Part shown: positions 17,029 through 24,757 of the stretch, in pieces | Position numbering within the stretch: position 1 is the stretch's first letter | Layout: each line of letters begins with the position of its first letter | Translations under genes and position numbers: made by a program | Assembly (NCBI GenBank): GCA_938041595.1 | Contig: CALITN010000051.1 | Span: 1-24,757, forward strand | DNA: 24,757 bases | Reading direction: 5' to 3' | DNA from: an uncultured Flavobacteriaceae bacterium | GTDB taxonomy: Bacteria > Bacteroidota > Bacteroidia > Flavobacteriales > Flavobacteriaceae | Notes under the pieces: model-generated | What the model saw: only the letters and a program-made list of their open reading frames with translations | Told to the model about the DNA's origin: nothing | Databases searched by the model: none

Positions 17029-17297
17029 GCCTTGCTGAGCTTGGCTAGGTCGGATTGCAATTTATCCAAGCCCTTTACTAGTTTTTCTTGAATCGGTTTG
17101 AATGCTGCTTTGCCTTTCGTTCGTGCAGCATTGATTTCTGAAATCAACTCATCAAAAAGCGTGATGGCCGCATCAATAAGAGGGTCTGTTTTTTTGGCAT
17201 CTACTTTGGGGTTCTCCAATTCCGCTCCGTAGATATCTTCGATAAAAGCACCAATCGAATCATTGATGTCTTTTTTTAGTTGTTTGACGCTGGACAT
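17025..17297 (-). CDS. Small helical hypothetical protein
   Basis: 90-aa amphipathic helical ORF 'MSSVKQLKKDIN...IDAAITLFDELISEIN', resembling a small Bacteroidota-conserved protein. It has its own promoter-like box, and its stop shares the CTAG with the opposite gene. Confidence 0.72.
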   Translation of the reverse strand: MSSVKQLKKDINDSIGAFIEDIYGAELENPKVDAKKTDPLIDAAITLFDELISEINAARTKGKAAFKPIQEKLVKGLDKLQSDLAKLSKA

Positions 17298-17313
17298 ATT
17301 CGTTAGTTTTAGG

Positions 17314-17344
17314 GAAAGATAGAAACTTATTTGGGTTTAGACAA
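17314..17344 (-). promoter_or_regulatory. Probable promoter for the 90-aa hypothetical gene
   Basis: Minus strand TTG (17344-42), 20-nt spacer, TATCTTTC (17321-14; one mismatch). Confidence 0.45.
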
Positions 17345-17795
17345 CGGTTTCCTTCTTTAGGGTTTTAAGTGCTTTATAAATGTGACTGATTGGATTAAGG
17401 CTATCATACGCCAAAATCAATTTTCCTTCAATATCAAAAACAAAGCTGACACGACGGCTTAGGATTCCTAAGAATTGTTTGTTGATTTTAAAAGCCTTTT
17501 GCAGGGATTTATCTGAATCTGAAAGCAAGGAAAATGGTAGGTCAAAACTTTCAGAAAAACGTTCGTGACTCCTAAGAGAGTCTGTGCTGATTCCAATAAC
17601 CGCCGCACCATAATCCACAAAATCGGTGTATTTATCGCGAAAAGAACAAACTTCCGCAGTACACCCAGGGGTGTAGTTTTTGGGGTAAAAGAAAACCACT
17701 AAAGGCTTTTTTCCGATAAATTGATCACTCTTCACAAGCGTTCCTTTTTGATCGACCCGATCAAAAAAAGGAAGGCGTTCTCCTTCTTTCAACAT
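17337..17795 (-). CDS. bcp: Peroxiredoxin, BCP/PrxQ subfamily
   Basis: 'VVFFYPKNYTPGCTAEVCSFRD' (PxxxTxxC with a resolving Cys 5 residues later), 'GISTD', 'LLSD', 'RRVSFVFD'. Confidence 0.9.
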   Translation of the reverse strand: MLKEGERLPFFDRVDQKGTLVKSDQFIGKKPLVVFFYPKNYTPGCTAEVCSFRDKYTDFVDYGAAVIGISTDSLRSHERFSESFDLPFSLLSDSDKSLQKAFKINKQFLGILSRRVSFVFDIEGKLILAYDSLNPISHIYKALKTLKKETVV

Positions 17796-17798
17796 AAT

Positions 17799-18209
17799 TT
17801 ATTCTCCTGCGTATTTAACAAAATTTCGTGGGGTTTCATACAAAACTACCTCTAGGTCTTGGGTGGTTTCGAGATGGGGTCTTAGTTTGTTGTAAATCAC
17901 CACAACAATATTTTCTGCCGTGGGAATGAGATTTTGAAACTCCGGCACTTGAACATTTAAATTTTTATGATCAAAGGCATCTTCCACCTCAGATTTGATC
18001 AAGTCCCGCAATACTTTCATATCCATTACATAGCCCGTAATAGGATCAATATTTCCCGTTACATGGACGATGAGTTCGTAATTATGGCCGTGGTAGTACT
18101 CGTTGGAGCATTTGCCAAAGACAGCTTCGTTTTGAGACGCGTCCCAATCGGCACGATGTAAGCGATGAGCAGCATTAAAATGAGCTTTTCTAGAGACCGT
18201 AACGCGCAT
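17799..18209 (-). CDS. queD: 6-carboxytetrahydropterin synthase / 6-pyruvoyl-tetrahydropterin synthase
   Basis: 'HFNAAHRL', 'GKC...YHGHNYEL', 'GYVMD', 'FDHKNLN', 'PTAENI', 'LYETPRN'. TAATG overlap with the idi stop. Confidence 0.9.
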   Translation of the reverse strand: MRVTVSRKAHFNAAHRLHRADWDASQNEAVFGKCSNEYYHGHNYELIVHVTGNIDPITGYVMDMKVLRDLIKSEVEDAFDHKNLNVQVPEFQNLIPTAENIVVVIYNKLRPHLETTQDLEVVLYETPRNFVKYAGE

Positions 18210-18742
18210 TAGTTCTGTGAGTTTAAGGATTGAATATGGGCATAGAATCGATCAAAAATGATTTTAAACCATTCGGTGTACTGCTCTGGTTGCTCAGTCA
18301 TATCCACTGCAATAGCTTCCATAGAAGCCCATCGAAAGGCCGCGACCTCTTCCGTGTTGATCACCGGATCCGTATCGGAATACCCTAAGAGTACATGATC
18401 GAGTTCGTGTTCAGTAAGTCCGTTGTCAAAAGGAGCTTTGTAGATGAAAGCAAAAAGTTCCGTGAGATTCGTTTGCATCCCCATCTCCTCTTGCAAACGT
18501 CGGTGTCCAGCCTCCAAATTGGATTCTCCCATCCGCTGATGACTACAACAGGTATTAGTCCACAATCCTGGGGAATGGTATTTTTTCCAGGCGCGTTGTT
18601 GGAGGAGCAATTCTCCCTTTTTATTTAGGACAAATACCGAAAAGGCACGGTGTAGCACCGCCTTTTCATGTGCTTCCATTTTGGGCATAGTACCCAAGGG
18701 TCGATCGTTGGTATCAACGAGGATTACTTCTTCTTCTTTCAT
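18209..18742 (-). CDS. idi: Isopentenyl-diphosphate delta-isomerase type 1
   Basis: 'KMEAH...LHRAFSVF', 'LLQQRA..KYHSPGLWTNTCCSH', 'RRLQEEMG', 'EHELDHV', 'NTEEV', 'YTEWFK'. Start moved to ATG 18742 (MKEEEVILVD), downstream of an exact promoter. Confidence 0.95.
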   Translation of the reverse strand: MKEEEVILVDTNDRPLGTMPKMEAHEKAVLHRAFSVFVLNKKGELLLQQRAWKKYHSPGLWTNTCCSHQRMGESNLEAGHRRLQEEMGMQTNLTELFAFIYKAPFDNGLTEHELDHVLLGYSDTDPVINTEEVAAFRWASMEAIAVDMTEQPEQYTEWFKIIFDRFYAHIQSLNSQN

Positions 18743-18751
18743 GCAATAGAT

Positions 18752-18784
18752 CAAAAATACCGAAATCTTCATCAAAAACCCAAA
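18752..18784 (-). promoter_or_regulatory. Canonical -33/-7 promoter for idi-queD-bcp
   Basis: Minus strand TTTG (18784-81), 21-nt spacer, TATTTTTG (18759-52, exact), 9 nt before the ATG. Confidence 0.7.
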
Positions 18785-18815
18785 TCCCATGTAGGTGCCC
18801 CTGCTAATTTTCAGC

Positions 18816-18823
18816 TATTTTTG
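18816..18823 (+). promoter_or_regulatory. -7 promoter box for prfC
   Basis: TATTTTTG (exact), followed by CG, 16 nt before the ATG. No clear -33 box. Confidence 0.55.
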
Positions 18824-18839
18824 CGAAAACTAATTTGGA

Positions 18840-20429
18840 ATGGGCTTTACGGAAGAATTGCAACGCCGCCGCACTTTTGGGATTATTTCCCACCCCGATG
18901 CAGGAAAAACCACTTTGACTGAGAAGTTACTTCTTTACGGAGGAGCCATTCAGGAGGCTGGAGCCGTTAAGTCCAATAAAATCAAAAAGTCTGCCACCAG
19001 TGACTTTATGGAGATTGAACGCCAGCGAGGAATTTCTGTAGCTACTTCCGTTTTGGCTTTTAACTACCAAGACAAAAAAATAAATATCCTCGACACCCCT
19101 GGACACAAGGATTTTGCCGAAGACACCTACCGTACGCTTACCGCAGTGGACAGTGTGATTGTAGTGATTGACGTGGCCAAAGGCGTGGAAGAACAAACTG
19201 AGAAACTAGTGGAAGTGTGCCGCATGCGCAACATTCCCATGATTGTCTTTATCAACAAACTCGACCGAGAAGGAAAAGACGCTTTTGACTTATTGGATGA
19301 AGTAGAAACAAAGCTACATTTATCCGTAACCCCACTGTCTTTTCCTATTGGGATGGGGTATGACTTTAAGGGGATTTACAATATCTGGGAACAAAATGCC
19401 CAGCTATTTTCTGGAGAACAAAAACAAACCGTAACCCACAAGGAAACCTATGCTTCCCTTGAAGACGCCCAACTGGAAAAACGCATTGGAAGCAACTCTT
19501 TAGAACAGCTGAAAGAGGAGTTAGAATTGGTGCAAGGGGTCTATAACCCTTTTGACAAAGAGGCCTATTTGAGCGGGAAGCAACAGCCTGTTTTCTTTGG
19601 TTCGGCACTGAATAATTTTGGCGTACAAGAACTACTCGATTGCTTCATTGACATCGCTCCTGAGCCGCTTCCCAAGCAAGCAGAAGAACGCCTGATCCAA
19701 CCCAACGAAAAGGACTTTAGTGGATTTGTATTTAAGATACACGCCAATATGGATCCCAAGCACCGCGATCGTTTGGCCTTTGTCAAGATTGTTTCTGGAA
19801 CCTTTGAACGTAACAAGCCCTACTTGCACGTACGCCACGGGAAAAAACTCAAATTTTCAAGCCCGAATGCCTTTTTTGCCGAAAAGAAAGAAATCGTAGA
19901 CATCTCCTATCCCGGAGATATTGTAGGTCTGCACGATACGGGAAACTTTAAGATCGGAGACACCCTTACCACCCAAGAAAAAATTCAGTTCCAAGGAATC
20001 CCTTCCTTTTCCCCAGAACACTTCCGCTATATCAACAATGCCGACCCAATGAAAGCCAAGCAGCTAAACAAAGGTATTGACCAATTGATGGACGAAGGGG
20101 TGGCACAGTTGTTTACGCTACACTTAAACAACCGAAAGGTAATCGGTACGGTAGGCGCCCTGCAGTTTGAAGTGATTCAATACCGCCTGCTACATGAATA
20201 CGGAGCGCAATGTTCCTATGAAAACCTAAATGTTCACAAGGCTTGTTGGATTGGCTGTGAATCCGAAGACCACCCAGAATTTGTGGAATTTAAACGGGTA
20301 AAACAAAAATTCCTAGCGCTCGACAAGCAAGGACAACTGGTCTTTTTGGCTGACTCGGCTTTTTCCCTTCAAATGACCCAACAGAAATATCCCGCAGTAC
20401 AGTTCTTTTTCACATCTGAAATGACCTAA
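18840..20429 (+). CDS. prfC: Peptide chain release factor 3
   Basis: 'RRRTFGIISHPDAGKTTLTEKLLLYGGAIQEAG', 'SDFMEIERQRGIS', 'LDTPGHKDF', 'NKLDR', 'FKIHANMDPKHRDR', 'GALQFEV'. Confidence 0.97.
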   Translation: MGFTEELQRRRTFGIISHPDAGKTTLTEKLLLYGGAIQEAGAVKSNKIKKSATSDFMEIERQRGISVATSVLAFNYQDKKINILDTPGHKDFAEDTYRTLTAVDSVIVVIDVAKGVEEQTEKLVEVCRMRNIPMIVFINKLDREGKDAFDLLDEVETKLHLSVTPLSFPIGMGYDFKGIYNIWEQNAQLFSGEQKQTVTHKETYASLEDAQLEKRIGSNSLEQLKEELELVQGVYNPFDKEAYLSGKQQPVFFGSALNNFGVQELLDCFIDIAPEPLPKQAEERLIQPNEKDFSGFVFKIHANMDPKHRDRLAFVKIVSGTFERNKPYLHVRHGKKLKFSSPNAFFAEKKEIVDISYPGDIVGLHDTGNFKIGDTLTTQEKIQFQGIPSFSPEHFRYINNADPMKAKQLNKGIDQLMDEGVAQLFTLHLNNRKVIGTVGALQFEVIQYRLLHEYGAQCSYENLNVHKACWIGCESEDHPEFVEFKRVKQKFLALDKQGQLVFLADSAFSLQMTQQKYPAVQFFFTSEMT

Positions 20430-20488
20430 ATTCGTCGGTCTTATATAATAAAACTTAGTGAAAAGACAAGCGCAAAGAAATATATCGT

Positions 20489-20521
20489 AAAAAAAACCCC
20501 CAACCGATGGTTGGGGGTTTT
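20489..20521 (-). terminator. Rho-independent terminator after rpoC-DUF3467, possibly bidirectional with prfC
   Basis: 13-bp perfect stem aaaacccccaacc (20493-20505) / ggttgggggtttt (20509-20521), loop gat. The A8 run at 20489-96 gives a U-tract on the minus strand; the plus strand has only T4. Confidence 0.85.
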
Positions 20522-20527
20522 GGGTAT

Positions 20528-20836
20528 TTAGGCTTCTCCGGCCGGACCAAAATTCATAGGTATGGGCGGTGCGTCTTGGGAGTTAATTTCCCCATGCTTA
20601 GCTTCATACTTCTGAAGGTTGTCTGCCAAGGCTTTTTGAAAGCGTTTGGCGTGTTCGGGCGTCAAAATAATCCGCGACTGAACTTTGGCCTTTGGAGCAC
20701 CAGGCATCAAGCTAACAAAGTCAACCACAAACTCCGAAGGAGAATGGTTGATAATGGCTAGATTGGAATAGGAACCACTGGCAGTAGTCGCGTCCATTTC
20801 AATATCAATCTGTTGTTCTTTCTTTGCTTCTGCCAT
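20528..20836 (-). CDS. DUF3467-type small protein
   Basis: 'QIDIEMD....SGSYSNLAIINHSPSEFVVDFV..MPG.PKAKVQSRIILTPEHAKRF..AL.DN...YE...GEI' matches the family I recognise. The start is 2 nt after the rpoC stop. Confidence 0.88.
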   Translation of the reverse strand: MAEAKKEQQIDIEMDATTASGSYSNLAIINHSPSEFVVDFVSLMPGAPKAKVQSRIILTPEHAKRFQKALADNLQKYEAKHGEINSQDAPPIPMNFGPAGEA

Positions 20837-20838
20837 GG

Positions 20839-23800
20839 CTATTCTTCAATAGGCATTTCTTCTTGCTGATCGATCAACAAACTCTTATACTCGTCCTTGG
20901 AACCAACAATGGTATTGTTGTATTCGCGGAGTCCTGTTCCTGCTGGAATTTTATGTCCTACAATAACATTCTCTTTCAGACCGTTTAAGTGGTCTTCTTT
21001 TCCGTTAACCGCTGCTTCGTTGAGTACTTTTGTCGTTTCTTGGAAGGAAGCTGCTGAGATAAAGGATTTGGTCTGTAGAGACGCGCGGGTAATTCCTTGC
21101 AACTCCGGAGTCGCTGTAGCTGGCGAGGCATCACGCGCCATCACCAAGGCTTTGTCTTCTCGTTTGAGCAACGAATTCTCATCCCGTAACTCTCGTGCCG
21201 TGACCATTTGACCTTGCTTCAAGTTTTCGCTCGCGCCAACTTCTTCGACAATCTTCTTACCATATAGGTTATCATTTTCTTGGATAAAGTCGGTTTTATA
21301 CACCAACTGTCCTTCTAAGAAAATAGAATCTCCTGGGTCTTGGATTTTCACTTTACGCATCATTTGACGAACTACGACTTCAAAGTGCTTGTCGTTGATC
21401 TTCACCCCTTGCAATCGATAGACTTCTTGTACTTCGTTCACCAAGTATTGCTGAACGGCAGAAGGGCCTTTGATTTTAAGGATATCTGTTGGTGTGATGG
21501 AACCATCAGAAAGTGGCATTCCCGCTTTGACAAAGTCATTCTCCTGTACCAATATCTGATTGGATAGTTTGACAAGATATTTTTTCACATCACCAAACTT
21601 GGACTCCACGATAATCTCACGATTACCTCGCTTGATTTTTCCGAAAGAAACAACACCATCGATTTCAGAAACAACAGCAGGGTTCGAAGGATTTCGTGCT
21701 TCGAACAATTCCGTTACACGTGGCAAACCTCCTGTAATATCTCCAGACTTAGCCGATTTACGTGGAATTTTAACCAGAATTTTTCCTTCTTTGATTTTCT
21801 CACCATCATCTACGATTAGGTGGGCACCCACAGGCAGGTTGTAGGAACGAAGAGTAGTTCCTTTGCCATCTACAATCAATAGGGTTGGAATGAGTTTCTT
21901 ATTTCGAGATTCAGAAATTACCTTTTCTTGGAAACCAGTTTGTTCATCAATTTCTACTTGATAGGTAACTCCTTGTTCGATATTTTCAAATACGATTTTC
22001 CCTGAGAATTCAGAGACGATCACTCCATTAAATGGATCCCACTGACAAATCAAATCGCCTTTGTTGAGTTTCGCACCATCTTTGATTTTGATGGTTGAAC
22101 CGTAAGGAATGTTGTTGGTACTCAAAACGTTTTTGGTTTTGGCATCCAAAAGCTTGATTTCAGCCGTACGAGAAATTACAATCTCAGCTTCATTGCCTTC
22201 AGCATCCAAACCGTTAACAGTTTTAAGATCTTCGATTTCAGCAACTCCTTTGAATTTAGCAATCAAGGAATTTTCCTCTGAAATGTTTCCAGCAACTCCA
22301 CCCACGTGGAAAGTACGAAGCGTCAACTGTGTTCCAGGCTCTCCAATGGATTGAGCGGCGACAACACCAACAGCTTCTCCTTTTTGTACCATTTTACTGG
22401 TAGCAAGGTTTCGTCCGTAACATTTCACACAGATCCCTTCGGGTGCTTCACAGGTCAATGGAGAACGGACTTCTACCGCATCGATTGGTGAAGCATTGAT
22501 TTTATCTACAATGGAATCGGTAATTTCTTCTCCAGCCGCAACAATGATTTCATTAGAACTTGGATCAATCACATCGTGTAAGGCAACACGTCCTAAGATT
22601 CGTTCACCTAGTGATTCCACGATCTCCTCGTTTTTCTTCAACGCAGAAACGTTAATACCACGAAGCGTATTACAGTCTTCAATATTGATAATGGCATCTT
22701 GTGACACATCTACCAAGCGGCGGGTCAAGTAGCCCGCGTCAGCTGTTTTCAAAGCCGTATCTGCCAGTCCTTTACGTGCACCGTGCGTTGAGATAAAGTA
22801 TTCCAAAATAGACAACCCTTCCTTAAAGTTTGAAAGGATTGGGTTCTCAATGATTTCCCCGCCGCCAACATTTGATTTCTTTGGCTTGGCCATTAGGCCC
22901 CGCATTCCCGTAAGCTGACGAATCTGCTCTTTAGAACCTCGTGCTCCAGAATCCAACATCATATACACCGAGTTAAATCCTTGTTGGTCTTCACTAATGT
23001 TTTTCATAGCGAGTTCCGTCAAGGTAGCGTTGGTTGATGTCCAAACGTCAATCACCTGGTTGTAGCGTTCGTTATTGGTAATCAATCCCATATTGTAGTT
23101 GGCCATAATACCTTCTACTTGCTTGTTAGCATCTACGATCATCTGCTCCTTTTTCGGAGGGATGATGATATCCCCTAAGCTAAAGGACAGTCCCCCTTTA
23201 AAGGCAAAGCCGTAGCCCATATCTTTGATCTTATCCAAGAACTCAGCCGTTTCAGGAACACTGGTTACTTTTAAAATACCTCCAATAATCTCCCGTAGGT
23301 TTTTCTTGGTCAATACCTCATTGATATACCCGGCTTCCTCAGGAACAACTTCGTTAAAAAGGACACGACCTACTGTTGATTCAATCAACTGATATTCTAA
23401 TTCGCCTTTTTCGTTAAAGTCCTTGGCGCGAATTTTAATGATTGCGTTCAGGTCAACGCGTTTGTCATTAAGCGCAATATGAACTTCCTCTGCCGAATAG
23501 AACACCAATCCTTCTCCTTTTACAGGATATTCTTTGGTGGACTTTCGTGCCTTGGTCATGTAGTATAATCCCAAAACCATGTCTTGAGAAGGCACGGTAA
23601 TTGGCGAACCGTTAGCAGGGTTCAAAATATTATGCGAAGCCAACATCAATAGCTGCGCTTCCAAAATTGCTTCAGGGCCTAGGGGCAAGTGAACCGCCAT
23701 TTGATCCCCATCAAAGTCCGCATTAAAGGCTGTACATACCAAGGGGTGCAATTGAATCGCTTTTCCTTCGATCAGTTTGGGTTGGAAAGCCTGAATTCCC

Positions 23801-24757
23801 AAACGGTGAAGTGTGGGGGCTCGGTTAAGAAGCACGGGGTGTCCTTTCAACACGTTTTCCAAGATATCCCAAACAACGGGCTCTTTACGATCAATAATTT
23901 TCTTGGCAGACTTCACGGTCTTAACAATTCCTCTTTCAATCAACTTACGGATGATAAAAGGCTTGTATAGCTCTGCAGCCATTCCCTTAGGAAGTCCACA
24001 TTCAAATAATTTCATTTCCGGTCCAACAACAATCACGGAGCGTGCTGAGTAGTCCACACGTTTCCCTAATAGGTTTTGGCGGAAGCGACCTTGTTTTCCT
24101 TTGAGAGAATCCGAAAGTGATTTCAAGGGTCGATTGGATTCAGTCTTAACCGCAGACGATTTACGGGTATTGTCAAAAAGAGAATCCACAGACTCCTGCA
24201 GCATTCGCTTTTCGTTACGCAAGATCACCTCTGGGGCTTTTATTTCCACCAAGCGCTTCAAACGATTGTTTCGGATAATCACACGACGGTAAAGGTCATT
24301 TAAGTCGGATGTAGCAAAGCGGCCTCCATCAAGTGGAACCAATGGGCGCAACTCTGGTGGGATCACCGGAATGACTTTCATTATCATCCACTCGGGAAGG
24401 TTTTCCGAACGCTCATTGGCATCGCGGAAAGCTTCTACCACCTGCAAACGTTTTAAGGCTTCTGTTTTTCTTTGCTTAGAGGTTTCATTATTGGCTTTAT
24501 GACGCAGTTCATAGGAAAGCTCGTTAAGGTCTATACGACCCAAAAGCTCAATCAAACACTCGGCTCCCATCTTAGCGATAAATTTATCGGGGTCACTGTC
24601 TTCCAAATATTGGTTTTCAGCGGGAAGTGTGTCCATGATATTGAGGTATTCCTCCTCGGTCAAAAAGTCCATTTTCTGAACAGCTTCTCCCTCTTCGTTT
24701 TTGGCAATTCCAGCCTGGATCACTACATAACGCTCATAATAAATGATCATATCGAGC
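20839..24757 (-). CDS. rpoC: DNA-directed RNA polymerase subunit beta' (5'-truncated at window edge)
   Basis: '[22 protein letters not shown]', '[18 protein letters not shown]', '[10 protein letters not shown]', catalytic '[13 protein letters not shown]', bridge helix '[24 protein letters not shown]', trigger loop '[13 protein letters not shown]', 'DITGGLPRV'. The frame stays open to the window end (…LDMIIYYE), so ATG 24750 is internal. Confidence 0.98.
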   Translation of the reverse strand, partial: LDMIIYYERYVVIQAGIAKNEEGEAVQKMDFLTEEEYLNIMDTLPAENQYLEDSDPDKFIAKMGAECLIELLGRIDLNELSYELRHKANNETSKQRKTEALKRLQVVEAFRDANERSENLPEWMIMKVIPVIPPELRPLVPLDGGRFATSDLNDLYRRVIIRNNRLKRLVEIKAPEVILRNEKRMLQESVDSLFDNTRKSSAVKTESNRPLKSLSDSLKGKQGRFRQNLLGKRVDYSARSVIVVGPEMKLFECGLPKGMAAELYKPFIIRKLIERGIVKTVKSAKKIIDRKEPVVWDILENVLKGHPVLLNRAPTLHRLGIQAFQPKLIEGKAIQLHPLVCTAFNADFDGDQMAVHLPLGPEAILEAQLLMLASHNILNPANGSPITVPSQDMVLGLYYMTKARKSTKEYPVKGEGLVFYSAEEVHIALNDKRVDLNAIIKIRAKDFNEKGELEYQLIESTVGRVLFNEVVPEEAGYINEVLTKKNLREIIGGILKVTSVPETAEFLDKIKDMGYGFAFKGGLSFSLGDIIIPPKKEQMIVDANKQVEGIMANYNMGLITNNERYNQVIDVWTSTNATLTELAMKNISEDQQGFNSVYMMLDSGARGSKEQIRQLTGMRGLMAKPKKSNVGGGEIIENPILSNFKEGLSILEYFISTHGARKGLADTALKTADAGYLTRRLVDVSQDAIINIEDCNTLRGINVSALKKNEEIVESLGERILGRVALHDVIDPSSNEIIVAAGEEITDSIVDKINASPIDAVEVRSPLTCEAPEGICVKCYGRNLATSKMVQKGEAVGVVAAQSIGEPGTQLTLRTFHVGGVAGNISEENSLIAKFKGVAEIEDLKTVNGLDAEGNEAEIVISRTAEIKLLDAKTKNVLSTNNIPYGSTIKIKDGAKLNKGDLICQWDPFNGVIVSEFSGKIVFENIEQGVTYQVEIDEQTGFQEKVISESRNKKLIPTLLIVDGKGTTLRSYNLPVGAHLIVDDGEKIKEGKILVKIPRKSAKSGDITGGLPRVTELFEARNPSNPAVVSEIDGVVSFGKIKRGNREIIVESKFGDVKKYLVKLSNQILVQENDFVKAGMPLSDGSITPTDILKIKGPSAVQQYLVNEVQEVYRLQGVKINDKHFEVVVRQMMRKVKIQDPGDSIFLEGQLVYKTDFIQENDNLYGKKIVEEVGASENLKQGQMVTARELRDENSLLKREDKALVMARDASPATATPELQGITRASLQTKSFISAASFQETTKVLNEAAVNGKEDHLNGLKENVIVGHKIPAGTGLREYNNTIVGSKDEYKSLLIDQQEEMPIEE

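Noticed and set aside
20897-24292. Multiple plus-strand ORFs opposite rpoC
   Set aside because: Antisense shadows caused by codon bias in a highly conserved gene.
20839-24757. Possible intein or unusual insertion in rpoC
   Set aside because: Conserved motifs follow in normal order. The long segment after the trigger loop is the expected lineage-specific insertion; no intein or homing-endonuclease motifs were seen.
1-24757. CRISPR arrays, tRNA/rRNA, transposases, integrases, prophage or defence genes
   Set aside because: No regularly spaced repeats, cloverleaf-like sequences or matching protein motifs; intergenic gaps are too short.

Overview
A compact, mostly housekeeping segment of a Bacteroidota genome, very probably Flavobacteriales/Flavobacteriaceae. 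The assignment rests on protein signatures, TAnnTTTG -7 promoter boxes, AT-rich leaders lacking Shine-Dalgarno motifs, and rpoC followed by a DUF3467-type gene. Left to right: 3' end of a low-GC aspartyl-protease/PDZ-like gene; a minus-strand run E2 acyltransferase-DEDDh exonuclease-FAH-cinA; recR; a sodium:solute symporter; fabH plus a CoA-binding protein; a TetR-fold/ABC1(UbiB)-kinase pair; htpG; small membrane protein, SAM methyltransferase and AlkB-like dioxygenase; a DUF5916-type outer-membrane protein; a DUF4369-type lipoprotein; a small hypothetical; bcp-queD-idi; prfC; DUF3467; and 5'-truncated rpoC. I found no tRNA, rRNA, CRISPR array, integrase or transposase. The most interesting signal is the translationally coupled pair at 8148-10109. 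The kinase has COQ8/ADCK3-type motifs and the partner has a C-terminal motif resembling the COQ9 fold, in a lineage that uses menaquinone rather than ubiquinone (inference). Next come a sigma54-spaced promoter with a TGTCA tandem repeat before htpG, candidate operator repeats before the TetR-fold gene, probable leaderless transcripts, and a degenerate heptamer array. All assignments come from motif recognition by eye; no database search was run.
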